Positions 28,057 through 38,129 of a stretch of 64,000 nucleotides of DNA are shown in pieces. Position numbers and translations under genes: made by a program. The notes under the pieces are model-generated. The model saw only the letters and a program-made list of their open reading frames with translations, searched no databases and had not been told where the DNA came from. Source of the DNA: a virus (taxonomy: Duplodnaviria; Caudoviricetes). Location: positions 1 through 64,000 of the IMG/VR virus record IMGVR_UViG_3300048693_000367, one strand, 5' to 3'. Numbering within the stretch: the stretch's first letter is position 1; every line of letters begins with the position of its first letter.

Positions 28057-28129
28057 TGATCAAATGCTTTACTTGATTAATTGGTGTATACTCATAATAG
28101 TACAAATTTTTAAATAAGGAATAATAAAC

Positions 28130-28345
28130 ATGCCAACACGTCCATTTACAGATATTACTAATGCTACAGCATCCACAACAATTCGTAATGGATTATCTGT
28201 TGTAACTTGCTCTAATACTGGCAAACACTCTGTATTATCAACCTACGAACAAAATACTCCTATAATCACTGACATTGATAATAAGTACGGAAACCGTTTC
28301 TATAATGGTGTCTTTATCAGTGGCGTGGATGGTGGCGGCGCTTGA
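28130..28345 (+). CDS. small hypothetical protein, probably late
   Basis: AAGGA RBS; GGTGTAT at 28083; ends VDGGGA. Confidence 0.65.
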   Translation: MPTRPFTDITNATASTTIRNGLSVVTCSNTGKHSVLSTYEQNTPIITDIDNKYGNRFYNGVFISGVDGGGA

Positions 28346-28401
28346 ATTTTGATAGTTTGACTATTCTCTGCTTGAGGCTACTATGAGCATAGGAGAGTCA
28401 A

Positions 28402-28935
28402 ATGAAAACTATTACCAAAACCAAGACACAGCTGCCAGTTATTCACGGCGATCTATTTGATCATATCGGAAAATTTATTCATCATAATCATAATGGTTGT
28501 AGCATAATTGTTCCTCATGTTTGTAATAATATAGATCTTTTTGGTGCGGGTTTTGCTGGTGCTGTAGCCAAACACTATCCAATAGTAAAAAGTAACTATC
28601 ATTTACTAGGAAAAAAACAAGTTCTAGGATATACTCAATTTGTAACCGTAGAAACCAATAAAGAATACGGCCACAAATTAATTTTTGCTAATATGATAGC
28701 TCAAAATGGCGTAATATCACACAATAATCCTAGACCTCTTAATTATGGTGCTTTGGTTAGAAGCATGATGCTTGTGAATCAATTTATACAACAAAATTTT
28801 GACGCTACTAATCCGGTACAAATTCACGCTCCAAAATTCGGCTGCGGTTTGGCTGGCGGAGACTGGGGTTTCATTTCTGATCTAATAAAAGATATATGGA
28901 ATAATATTCCATTATTTGTTTATTCATATAAATAA
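28402..28935 (+). CDS. macrodomain protein (ADP-ribose processing)
   Basis: GDLF, HVCN...FGAGFA, NMIAQ, PKFGCGLAGGDW. Confidence 0.85.
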   Translation: MKTITKTKTQLPVIHGDLFDHIGKFIHHNHNGCSIIVPHVCNNIDLFGAGFAGAVAKHYPIVKSNYHLLGKKQVLGYTQFVTVETNKEYGHKLIFANMIAQNGVISHNNPRPLNYGALVRSMMLVNQFIQQNFDATNPVQIHAPKFGCGLAGGDWGFISDLIKDIWNNIPLFVYSYK

Positions 28936-29573
28936 TGTATAGCCAACTAGGACAAGATTTGTGGATACTTGAGTCCACAAACTTTAAAAACAATGGATAT
29001 TTTATAGATATTGGTGCTTATGATGGCATATATCATAGCAACACATATCTCTTAGAAAGAGACTATGGATGGAATGGTGTTTGTGTAGAGCCATCATATA
29101 AATATGCAGACCTTTGTAATAATAGAAAATCTTCTTTATCTAATAAACTAGTTTATTCTCAAGATAATATAGATATAGAATTTTATGAAACACCAGGCAA
29201 TATGGAATTATGTGGTATTCCTAAACACTTTAATAATGATGGACACCAAAATACCCGATCTAACTTTATAGCAAAAACCATAAATACCGTATGCTTAACT
29301 ACTCTGTGTCAACAATATAATAGTCCATCGGTAATCGATTACTTAAGTATTGATACAGAAGGTTCGGAGTTATTCATATTACAACACCATGATTTTGATC
29401 AATATCGTTTTAACTATATCTCTATAGAACATAACCGATGTATAGAATATAGAAAAAATATAGAAAATTTTCTTAATAGCAAACAATATTATCTAGATAC
29501 TAGCGAAAGATTTACTATCATCAATAATAATTTAAATACTAATTTTGATGATTGGTATGTATACAGAGGCTAA
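28935..29573 (+). CDS. FkbM-family methyltransferase
   Basis: SQLGQD, FIDIGAYDG...SNT, VEP, IDYLSIDTEGSE. Confidence 0.9.
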   Translation: MYSQLGQDLWILESTNFKNNGYFIDIGAYDGIYHSNTYLLERDYGWNGVCVEPSYKYADLCNNRKSSLSNKLVYSQDNIDIEFYETPGNMELCGIPKHFNNDGHQNTRSNFIAKTINTVCLTTLCQQYNSPSVIDYLSIDTEGSELFILQHHDFDQYRFNYISIEHNRCIEYRKNIENFLNSKQYYLDTSERFTIINNNLNTNFDDWYVYRG

Positions 29574-29575
29574 AT

Positions 29576-30442
29576 ATGAACATTCTTATTACTGGACACA
29601 AAGGATTTGTTGGTGGATACTTCCTAAGAAAATACGCTAATCATAATATACTAGGAATAGACATAAAAGAAGGCAATGATGCTAGATATTTTTTTAAACA
29701 AGATAATTCTTCTTTTGATCTAGTAATACACTTAGCCGCTATAGTTGGTGGTCGCCAAACAATTGAAAACTCTCCTATATCTGTGGCTGTTGATCTGTCT
29801 ATAGATGCGGAATTTTTCGGATGGTGTTTACGATCAAAACCAAAACACATAGTCTATTTCTCGTCTTCTGCTGCATATCCTATAGAATACCAACACAGAG
29901 ATTCGGGAATTTTATTACGCGAGGACATGATAGATCTCGATAATATAAAGTCTCCAGATTTAACATATGGTTGGGCCAAATTAACGGGCGAGTATCTTGC
30001 TAAATTTGTATCCAACGAAGGAATAAATACCACAATTTTTAGACCATTTTCTGGTTATGGTACAGATCAGGATTTGTCTTATCCATTTCCTTCATTTATG
30101 CAAAGAGCATTATTAAAGAAGGATCCATTTGAGATTTGGGGAGATGGTTGTCAAGTAAGAGATTTTATTCATATGGAAGATGTGGTGGATGCTGTGGATA
30201 CTTGTGTGCAAAATAAAATATATGGTACTTATAATTTAGGCACAGGGCGACCGATATCTTTTAATCAGTTGTGTCATATGGTGTGTAAGCAATGTGGATA
30301 TAGTCCTACTATCAAGCATATGCCAGCAGCACCAACTGGAGTAATGTATAGGGTATGTGACCCATCACTTATGTTAAAGTTTTATCAACCTAAAATTAGT
30401 TTAGAAGAAGGCGTAGACAGAGCACTAAAAGAGATTATCTAA
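29576..30442 (+). CDS. NAD-dependent sugar epimerase/dehydratase
   Basis: ITGHKGFVG, HLAA, FSSSAAY, YGWAK, RDFIH. Confidence 0.92.
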   Translation: MNILITGHKGFVGGYFLRKYANHNILGIDIKEGNDARYFFKQDNSSFDLVIHLAAIVGGRQTIENSPISVAVDLSIDAEFFGWCLRSKPKHIVYFSSSAAYPIEYQHRDSGILLREDMIDLDNIKSPDLTYGWAKLTGEYLAKFVSNEGINTTIFRPFSGYGTDQDLSYPFPSFMQRALLKKDPFEIWGDGCQVRDFIHMEDVVDAVDTCVQNKIYGTYNLGTGRPISFNQLCHMVCKQCGYSPTIKHMPAAPTGVMYRVCDPSLMLKFYQPKISLEEGVDRALKEII

Positions 30443-30443
30443 A

Positions 30444-32240
30444 ATGTCTATAGCTAAAGCAAAAAAAGAAATCCCTAAAACTAATGTTATGTTGAGTAAA
30501 AATAACATTCATATATATGATATTTCTGATATTGAAGTTAAATATCATAATATAAATCTATTAAATACTAAAATTTTAATATTGTCCTTAATCAAAGATC
30601 CTATAGAGAGTGCAAAATATCTAGATAATTTTATAAATAATATTTCATCAAAAGTCCCACACACCCAGTTTAGCTTTTTTACTAATAATAATAGTGATAG
30701 TGGAGAATTATTTTTACAATTAATTATATCTAAACATAAAAACATCCAATTAATTAAATACAAAAACGAACACATAGATCTGGATAATAGAATACATAAA
30801 TTTGCAGAATATCGTAATTTAAATTTTGAATATGCTACCAAAACACTAGGAACTGATTTTGATTATGTAATAGTTTTTGATTCTGATTTATTTAGCGATA
30901 TACCAGTAGATAATATAATTAAAAGCTTATCATTAGATGAAAAATGGTCGTGCATATCGGCTAACTGCACCTATGCTAACTCTAATTTTTACTATGATGA
31001 ATTAGCTTTAAGATTTAAAAATGACTCTAAAGATATTTCTCTTCTACATCCACTATTTAAAGAATATTATGGAGTTAGTCAACAATGGTTAGAATCCATC
31101 AGAATATTCAACTCTTGGATAGAGGTAGATAGTGCTTTTGGATGTTTGAGTATCTATAAAATGTCAGAGTTATTAGACATACATAATAAATATGGTAAAC
31201 TATATGACATAGATAATTATCCACCATATACCGCAGAACACGTATCCCTGCACGATAAATTATCAAATAAAAAATTAATTAGTCCAATAATTAAATATAC
31301 TAATAATGTACCAATAGAGGATAATATGATTAATATACCTATCGCCTTTGTTCCAAGAGATGCTGGATTTTTTTCAGTATTTAATTTTTATATTGGCTGC
31401 TTGACGCAAGGAGGTAGGCCATATCCTTTATGGAATAAACAAGAATTACTTAATATGCATAGAACCAATGATCATTTCGCATATTGGACAGAGAATTTTA
31501 ATTGTTGGTTTGATTATTTTGAGCCTGTTGAATTTTTTGCGAACGACACAACCCATACCTCTCAAGACTATTTAAAGCTTCCAAGATATTCTGGCGAACA
31601 AGGACCAGAAGAATTTAGGATACCTAATAAAACTAAAGAACTATTAAAGGGAGATAAAGAAACTTTTAAACAATGGCGAATCAATGTTAATAAGTTTTTC
31701 AAAACTTTTGTAAAGTTCAAGCCTGAGATTGTCGATAGTGTTAATGAAATTTGGAATGATAATTTTGCTGATAGTCAAAACATTATTGGGGTCCATTATA
31801 GACATCCCAGCCACTTTATAGAGAGCGGGAAAATATATCTAGAAGATTATTTTGATAAAATAGACACTATTTTAAAACAATATCCTAGATCAAAGATTTT
31901 TTTGGCATCTGATAGTCAATTTGGTATTTATGCTTTTATGGAACGATATGGTAATAGAGTTTTTTATATCCAAGATATTGATAGACTAAGTATGGCTGAA
32001 TTTTTACAGTGGGCCTTTGGATTAGCGGATGGCAAAGCCGATCATGTTGGTTTTATTAATGGAAAAGGATATGAACTTCACCACAAGCGTGTTGGTAAAA
32101 CAGATAATAAAAAAATGACCATAGACCTTCTAAAAGAAGTTCTGTGTCTATCTCGTTGTAATCAAATCGTTAATAATATTTCGAATATTCCTTTGGCAAT
32201 CAGCTATATGAATCCAGATGTAGAGATTATTACACTATGA
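30444..32240 (+). CDS. two-domain glycosyltransferase (CAP59/GT69-like GT-A + NodZ/fucosyltransferase-like)
   Basis: N-half FAEYRN, VFDSD, YYDELA, SAFG, EHV; C-half AGFFSVFN, IGVHYR, IFLASDS. Confidence 0.7.
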   Translation: MSIAKAKKEIPKTNVMLSKNNIHIYDISDIEVKYHNINLLNTKILILSLIKDPIESAKYLDNFINNISSKVPHTQFSFFTNNNSDSGELFLQLIISKHKNIQLIKYKNEHIDLDNRIHKFAEYRNLNFEYATKTLGTDFDYVIVFDSDLFSDIPVDNIIKSLSLDEKWSCISANCTYANSNFYYDELALRFKNDSKDISLLHPLFKEYYGVSQQWLESIRIFNSWIEVDSAFGCLSIYKMSELLDIHNKYGKLYDIDNYPPYTAEHVSLHDKLSNKKLISPIIKYTNNVPIEDNMINIPIAFVPRDAGFFSVFNFYIGCLTQGGRPYPLWNKQELLNMHRTNDHFAYWTENFNCWFDYFEPVEFFANDTTHTSQDYLKLPRYSGEQGPEEFRIPNKTKELLKGDKETFKQWRINVNKFFKTFVKFKPEIVDSVNEIWNDNFADSQNIIGVHYRHPSHFIESGKIYLEDYFDKIDTILKQYPRSKIFLASDSQFGIYAFMERYGNRVFYIQDIDRLSMAEFLQWAFGLADGKADHVGFINGKGYELHHKRVGKTDNKKMTIDLLKEVLCLSRCNQIVNNISNIPLAISYMNPDVEIITL

Positions 32241-33091
32241 ATATACAAGAATTACTACCTCCATCAGCAGAATTTATGAGTCGATACAACACCAATATCG
32301 ACTTGGGTAGATCTTTTTTGGCAAATAAAAAAATAGCGATAGTTGGTTTGGCTAGAAACATTGGGGCATCTATATCTAACTCAATCAAAAAATTAAGTAG
32401 TTTTGCTCAAAATGCCCAAGAATATAAAATTATTATTTTTGAAAATGATTCAGAGGATAATACTAGAGAAATATTAGAAAGTCTTAAGAAAGATAACCAA
32501 AATATTGTCACAATCCACGAACAATACAATAGGCCACAATTTGGACAAGTGCAGGATACAGAAAGAACTAACGCATTAGCTGAATATCGCAATCGTCTTA
32601 AAGACTACGTTAAACAACATCTAGCAGACTACGATTTTATAATAGTGTCTGATATGGACTTTGTTGACTTCAGCGATCTAGGGTGTTATAATTCTTTTGG
32701 GTGGTTGGCTCGTCATCCAGACACCATTGATGCTGTAGCCGGTAACTCTTTTGAATATAAAAATGTAACATTAGCCAATCAAAAAAGTTTATGGAATTAT
32801 GATAGTTGGGCTTTTAGATATACTTGGTGGAATCAGTTGCCTGTTTTAGATTCTATGACTTATAATGGAATGTTATGGTTTGGATTTTTTATTATGCCAG
32901 TTGGTTCTCCAATAATACCTGTAAATAGTGCTTTTGGTGGCATGACTATTTATAAAACTAATCAATTTATTCAAGCCACATACGATGGCTATGATTGTGA
33001 GCATGTATGTTTTCATTATAGTTTAAAACAAAACATACCGTCATTTCAGCTTGTATTAAATCCTTCTCAAATAATGTTGTTGGACTCATGA
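32237..33091 (+). CDS. CAP59/GT69-like glycosyltransferase
   Basis: GLARN, FENDSEDNT, LAEYRN, SDMD, YDSWAFR, VNSAFGG, CEHV. Confidence 0.75.
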   Translation: MNIQELLPPSAEFMSRYNTNIDLGRSFLANKKIAIVGLARNIGASISNSIKKLSSFAQNAQEYKIIIFENDSEDNTREILESLKKDNQNIVTIHEQYNRPQFGQVQDTERTNALAEYRNRLKDYVKQHLADYDFIIVSDMDFVDFSDLGCYNSFGWLARHPDTIDAVAGNSFEYKNVTLANQKSLWNYDSWAFRYTWWNQLPVLDSMTYNGMLWFGFFIMPVGSPIIPVNSAFGGMTIYKTNQFIQATYDGYDCEHVCFHYSLKQNIPSFQLVLNPSQIMLLDS

Positions 33092-33228
33092 AAATTATAT
33101 TAATTATTTCCTGTCTATTAGGTATTTATAAAGGACTATTACAAATACAACAAACCGAAAAAGGATACCTCAAAGGAGTTATGCCATCTAATAGTTTGTT
33201 AGAATTTATTTTTCTGAATAGATAATTT

Positions 33229-33762
33229 ATGTATCAAAGACTTAATAATCAAAGAGTTTATTTAGCGGGTGCTATGGACAGAGTAGCAGATCGTGGAAAT
33301 GGATGGCGAGATAATATTACGCCATTTTTAGAAGATTTGGGCATTATTGTTTTTAATCCAATAAAGAAGCCAACGATTGTTGGTCAGGAAGATGAAAAAA
33401 CACATAAACATAAGCTTAAATTAAAAGCAGAAAAAAACTACGATGAACTGTCCGAGCTAATGAAAGTAATTCGTTCTGTTGATCTTAGACTGGTTGATAT
33501 TAGTGATTTTCTTATAGTCAATCTAAATCTAGAGCATTATGCTTGTGGTACATGGGAAGAATTATATCTTTGTAATAGATCGAAAAAGCCAATACTTGTG
33601 CATATTGAACAAGGTAAACAACACATTCCAGATTGGCTATTTGGTACGTTACCTCATGAATGGTTTTTTTCTACTTGGGATGAATTAAAAAAATATTTAC
33701 TTTTAGTAAACTCTGAGAATGATATAGATCTAAAAAATAGATGGAGATTTTTTGATTTATAA
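33229..33762 (+). CDS. nucleoside 2-deoxyribosyltransferase-like protein
   Basis: VYLAGAM, WR, FNP, DL..V..SD, GTWEE. Confidence 0.8.
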   Translation: MYQRLNNQRVYLAGAMDRVADRGNGWRDNITPFLEDLGIIVFNPIKKPTIVGQEDEKTHKHKLKLKAEKNYDELSELMKVIRSVDLRLVDISDFLIVNLNLEHYACGTWEELYLCNRSKKPILVHIEQGKQHIPDWLFGTLPHEWFFSTWDELKKYLLLVNSENDIDLKNRWRFFDL

Positions 33763-33972
33763 TTTATTTGATTTTATTAAATTATCTTTAGCCCATAAAG
33801 GCTGTAAATTGGTATAATGAAAACAAATTTTTTGTTTTATTTTTTTCTCTATATTTTTTTGACAAACTTTACAATAATTATTCAATCCGTCTTTTTTAGT
33901 GATATTTTTACTAAAACTACTATACAATTTAGACTGTTTGCAGCATACGCATAGTTTATAATGTCTTGACAT
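33757..33972 (-). pseudogene. internally deleted HNH endonuclease
   Basis: N-terminal CVCC...CKVC Zn finger joined directly to C-terminal CFHYTNLQPLWAKDNLIKSNK; the catalytic DH segment is missing. Confidence 0.7.
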
Positions 33973-34031
33973 ATAATCTCCTTCGGCTAATATATAGCAC
34001 ACCAAATTCGTCAATAGGCAAAAAAACCAAA

Positions 34032-35132
34032 ATGCAAAAAATAATTAATGAAACCAAATTAGACTTTAATGATGTATTGATCGTTCCACAAAGATCAACA
34101 TTAACTAGCAGATCACAAATAAATCTTAATAGATTATTTTATTTTTATCATTCTCCTAGGGTGTGGACAGGCGTCCCTATAATTTGTGCTAATATGAGTT
34201 TTTGTTCTTTTAAAATAGCCAAAGCCTTAGCGAGTCATAAAATGATAGCTTGCTTGCATAAATATCATTCAATAGATCAACTATCTAATTATTTTATAGA
34301 AAATATCAAAAATTTAGATTATACTTTTGTGTCTATTGGATATAAAAAAAGCGACTTAACACATCTATTACAATTTAAAGATAAAACAGGCATACAGCCG
34401 AATATTTGTATAGATGTACCAAATGGACACATGGATGCTTTTGTCAAATATTGTAAAAGGGTTAGGGATAATTTTCCAGAAAGTATTATTATTGCTGGAA
34501 ATGTTACCAACACCTCATCTACTCAAGAGCTGATTATTTATGGTGGCGTAGATATTGTAAAGTGCGGAATAGGTGGAGGTTCTGCGTGTACAACTCGTTT
34601 TCTTACCGGATGTGGTCTGCCTCAATTATCTTGCTGTTTAGAAAATGCTTATGTCGCACACGGTCTTCAAAATGGAAATAAAAAACTTGGTTTAATGTGC
34701 TCAGACGGAGGACACAAAACTGTTGGTGATGTTTGTAAGGCTATATGTGCGGGTGCGGATTTTGTTATGCTTGGTGGCTATTTCGCAGGTGTTGATGAAA
34801 GTGAAGGAGAGTGGGAATTTGGAGGAGACTATTCTAAAATATTAGGATCAAATGAAAAAACCAAAGGTAGATTCACATACTACGGTATGAGCAGCCACCA
34901 TGCTCAAGAAACTTATGAAGATAATATCAAGAACTACAGAGCTTCTGAAGGAACCAAAATTACTGTTCCATATAAGGGAAGTTTAGATGTTATGGTTCAA
35001 GAGCTATTGGGCGGTATAAGGTCATGCTGCTGCTATATAGGATCAGACTGTATAAAAAATATGAGTAAATGTGGACAGTTTTGTAAAGTTAATCAAATCC
35101 ATTCCAACAAAAATCCAATTTTTGGTGTATAA
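34032..35132 (+). CDS. guaC: GMP reductase
   Basis: LDFNDVLIVPQRSTLTSRS, PIICANM, IDVPNGH, GIGGGSACTTR, SDGG, YYGMSS, YRASEG. Confidence 0.92.
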   Translation: MQKIINETKLDFNDVLIVPQRSTLTSRSQINLNRLFYFYHSPRVWTGVPIICANMSFCSFKIAKALASHKMIACLHKYHSIDQLSNYFIENIKNLDYTFVSIGYKKSDLTHLLQFKDKTGIQPNICIDVPNGHMDAFVKYCKRVRDNFPESIIIAGNVTNTSSTQELIIYGGVDIVKCGIGGGSACTTRFLTGCGLPQLSCCLENAYVAHGLQNGNKKLGLMCSDGGHKTVGDVCKAICAGADFVMLGGYFAGVDESEGEWEFGGDYSKILGSNEKTKGRFTYYGMSSHHAQETYEDNIKNYRASEGTKITVPYKGSLDVMVQELLGGIRSCCCYIGSDCIKNMSKCGQFCKVNQIHSNKNPIFGV

Positions 35133-35155
35133 ACTATATAAGGAGAAAAAACCTT

Positions 35156-35854
35156 ATGAGGCGTACCATACCTCCAATTGATAAAAAATATAGTCACTAT
35201 ACAGTCATATCTGAATGTTATTTGATTGATAAAACATGGTATGTCGATGTTCAGTGCAAGTGTGGAAAAATAAAAAAACAACCAACAAGTAGTCTAAAAA
35301 GACTCAGCCAATGTAAAAAATGTAATGCCATAGAAAAATATAGAAAATATAAAACTGGAGATAAAAAACATAATTTAACTGTTATTGATTATTTAGATAG
35401 TTGTGGCAATTCTCATAGTCAAATCAAAGTAAAATGCGACTGTGGTAATACCAGTAATATATCAACATATCATTTTGGTAAAACAAAAATGTGCAAAAAA
35501 TGCTTTTTATCTAAAAATGGAATAAACCATCCGTCGTATAAAGGAACAAAAAATATAACAAAAACATATTTTTCTCAAATAAAATTGAATGCAAAAAAAA
35601 GAAATTTAAGTTTTAATCTTACTATAAATGATTTAGATAAAGTATTAAAAAAGCAAAATTTTTACTGTTATTTAAGTGGTCAGATAATTGGAGTACACAA
35701 TAAAACAGCTTCTTTAGATAGAATAGATTCTACTAAAGGATATACAAAAGATAATATAGCATGGATACACAAAGATATTCAACGTATGAAAAGCGATTTT
35801 AATTTAGATTACTTTATTGAGATATGTAAAAAAATTACCTCCCACAACTCCTAA
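35156..35854 (+). CDS. free-standing endonuclease (SLDRIDS.KGY family)
   Basis: CxCG repeats, CYLSG, ASLDRIDSTKGYTKDNIAWIHKDIQRMK. Confidence 0.8.
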   Translation: MRRTIPPIDKKYSHYTVISECYLIDKTWYVDVQCKCGKIKKQPTSSLKRLSQCKKCNAIEKYRKYKTGDKKHNLTVIDYLDSCGNSHSQIKVKCDCGNTSNISTYHFGKTKMCKKCFLSKNGINHPSYKGTKNITKTYFSQIKLNAKKRNLSFNLTINDLDKVLKKQNFYCYLSGQIIGVHNKTASLDRIDSTKGYTKDNIAWIHKDIQRMKSDFNLDYFIEICKKITSHNS

Positions 35855-35867
35855 TGATATAAAACCT

Positions 35868-36983
35868 ATGAAAAACATTAATCTAAATTGTCCAATTAAT
35901 AGTACCGGATATGGTATAACATCTTGTAATATTTTAAAAAGTCTATTAAAGCAAGATATGAATGTGTCTTTGTTTCCAATAGGTACAAATATAGAATTAA
36001 ATTCAGAACAAGATAAATTATTAATTCAACAGTGTCTAAATAACAGCAATTCTTTTTCATACTCAGCGCCGTGCCTAAAGATTTGGCATCAGCACGATTT
36101 GGCACTGAGGATTGGTAATGGGCATTATTATACGTTTCCGTTCTTTGAAATTGATAAATTAACACCTAGAGAAGTACATCATCTAAATTATTCAGACTAT
36201 ATTTTTGTTGCGTCAAAATGGGGCAAAGAAATATTAATAAATAATGGGGTTACAAAACCCATCTATGTTGCACCATTGGGTGTAGATTCTAGTATTTTTT
36301 ATGATCCAGTAAAAATTAAACTGGAAAAACCCAACTATATATTTTTTCATATCGGTAAATGGGAGCATAGAAAAGCTCAAGACTTTTTACTAAAAGCGTT
36401 TGATACAGCCTTTTCTACCACAGATAATGTAGAATTGTGGCTTTTGCCATTCAACCCATTCCTATCTGAACAAGAGAATAATTATTGGTTTAGTTTGGTA
36501 GATCAATGCAAGCTTAAAGATAAGATTAAAATTTTTGACAGACTGCCAACCCAAAAGCATGTTGCAGAATTTATTTATCATGGAGACTGTGGTGTGTTTG
36601 TCTCAAGAGCAGAAGGTTGGAATAATGAAATTATAGAAAGTATGGCTATGAATAAGCCAGTTATAGTCACAAACTATTCGGCGCATACTGAATATTGTAA
36701 CGATAAAAATTCTTACTTGGTAAGTATTGATGAAATAGAGCCAGCAAATGATGGTAAATGGTTTTTTGGTCAAGGTAATTGGGCAAAATTGGGTCAAAAT
36801 GAACTAGATCAAACTGTTCATTACATGAAATATGTGTATACTAATCGTATAGAAACTAACGAGGCTGGAGTTCAAACAGCACAAGAATATAGCTGGGATC
36901 AAACGGCCAATATTATTACTAAAACTTTTACCAAGAATAATAGCTATTATGCCAATACCAAAGCCAAAACCAAACGAAGATAA
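35868..36983 (+). CDS. GT-B (family 4-like) glycosyltransferase
   Basis: TGYG, PLGVD, GKWEHRK, SRAEGWNNEIIESMAMNKPVI. Confidence 0.88.
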   Translation: MKNINLNCPINSTGYGITSCNILKSLLKQDMNVSLFPIGTNIELNSEQDKLLIQQCLNNSNSFSYSAPCLKIWHQHDLALRIGNGHYYTFPFFEIDKLTPREVHHLNYSDYIFVASKWGKEILINNGVTKPIYVAPLGVDSSIFYDPVKIKLEKPNYIFFHIGKWEHRKAQDFLLKAFDTAFSTTDNVELWLLPFNPFLSEQENNYWFSLVDQCKLKDKIKIFDRLPTQKHVAEFIYHGDCGVFVSRAEGWNNEIIESMAMNKPVIVTNYSAHTEYCNDKNSYLVSIDEIEPANDGKWFFGQGNWAKLGQNELDQTVHYMKYVYTNRIETNEAGVQTAQEYSWDQTANIITKTFTKNNSYYANTKAKTKRR

Positions 36984-37518
36984 TCAAAAATTCGTTGCTC
37001 GTTGTATGGGTAACGAAACCATGAAAAAAGATTATCCAGACAATAAACAAAGAGTTGCAATTTGTCTAGGACAAACTCGTAAAAAGGGACAAGGCGGTAT
37101 CTTTGGTCAAGTACTAGATATCCTAGGATTATCCTTACAATACGACGAATGTGAAGAATGTGGTTCAGTAGAGGAACTATCGTCTGCTAATTTAGTTATT
37201 CCACAAGAATATGAAGATGCTGGCGAAATATCTGAAGATTACTCGGTTGAGTATCTTTTCGAACATTCCAAATCATCAGAATATCAAGGTAGAAGAGTAA
37301 CACTAAATAAACCATTTAGAACACCAGATGGTCCTAAAAAATTTGCTGTTTATGTCAAGAACGGTAGTGGAAAAGTTGTTATTGTACGATTTGGTGATCC
37401 AAACATGAAGATTAAAAAAAATATTCCAGAACGCAGAAAAAGCTTTAGGGCAAGACATAAATGTGATCAACAGAAAGACAAAACAACTCCCGCATACTGG
37501 AGTTGTAAGATGTGGTAA
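36949..37518 (+). CDS. conserved phage protein, possibly head-associated
   Basis: MPIPKP...FVARCM module plus KKFAVYV...FGDPNM...RRKSFRARHKC...YWSCKMW module. Confidence 0.7.
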   Translation: MPIPKPKPNEDNQKFVARCMGNETMKKDYPDNKQRVAICLGQTRKKGQGGIFGQVLDILGLSLQYDECEECGSVEELSSANLVIPQEYEDAGEISEDYSVEYLFEHSKSSEYQGRRVTLNKPFRTPDGPKKFAVYVKNGSGKVVIVRFGDPNMKIKKNIPERRKSFRARHKCDQQKDKTTPAYWSCKMW

Positions 37519-37559
37519 TCTAACCGTTGTGGTGTATAGTATCACAACGGAGACTCTTT

Positions 37560-38129
37560 ATGTTTAAATTATGCCAAACTTGCAATAAAGACATATCTTC
37601 TAAAAAGAAAAAATCAAAATTTTGTTCTTTATCATGTTCTACAAAGTATAATAGATTATTAGTCTTACAAAAAGATGTTCCAAAATTACATAAAAAATGC
37701 GGCAGATGTTTGGAAATAAAACCCTTCCGTGAATTTAGAAAAAACAAAAACTCAGCTTTTGGCTATTCTTATTTTTGTAGGAAGTGCGATAAGCAAAGAA
37801 CTTATACAAGAGATAAAAGAAAAATTTTATTTAATGCAGCAAAAAAAAGAGCTAAAGATAACAACATAAATTTTAATCTAGAATTAGAGGATATTGTACT
37901 ACCAATTAAATGTCCAATCCTTGGTATGGAATTAGTATTTAATACTGGTAAGGCTAGAGATAATTCATATTCTATAGATAGAATAGATTCCAATTTGGGT
38001 TATATAAAAGGAAATATACAAGTCATAAGCTTTAAAGCTAATACAATAAAAAATAATGCATCGTTATTAGAAATAGAAAAAGTGTATTTATACATGAAAA
38101 ACAATCATTACAATAAGGATTTATTATGA
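37560..38129 (+). CDS. free-standing endonuclease (SIDRIDS.GY family)
   Basis: Zn fingers; CPILG; SIDRIDSNLGYIKGNIQVISFKANTIK. Confidence 0.8.
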   Translation: MFKLCQTCNKDISSKKKKSKFCSLSCSTKYNRLLVLQKDVPKLHKKCGRCLEIKPFREFRKNKNSAFGYSYFCRKCDKQRTYTRDKRKILFNAAKKRAKDNNINFNLELEDIVLPIKCPILGMELVFNTGKARDNSYSIDRIDSNLGYIKGNIQVISFKANTIKNNASLLEIEKVYLYMKNNHYNKDLL

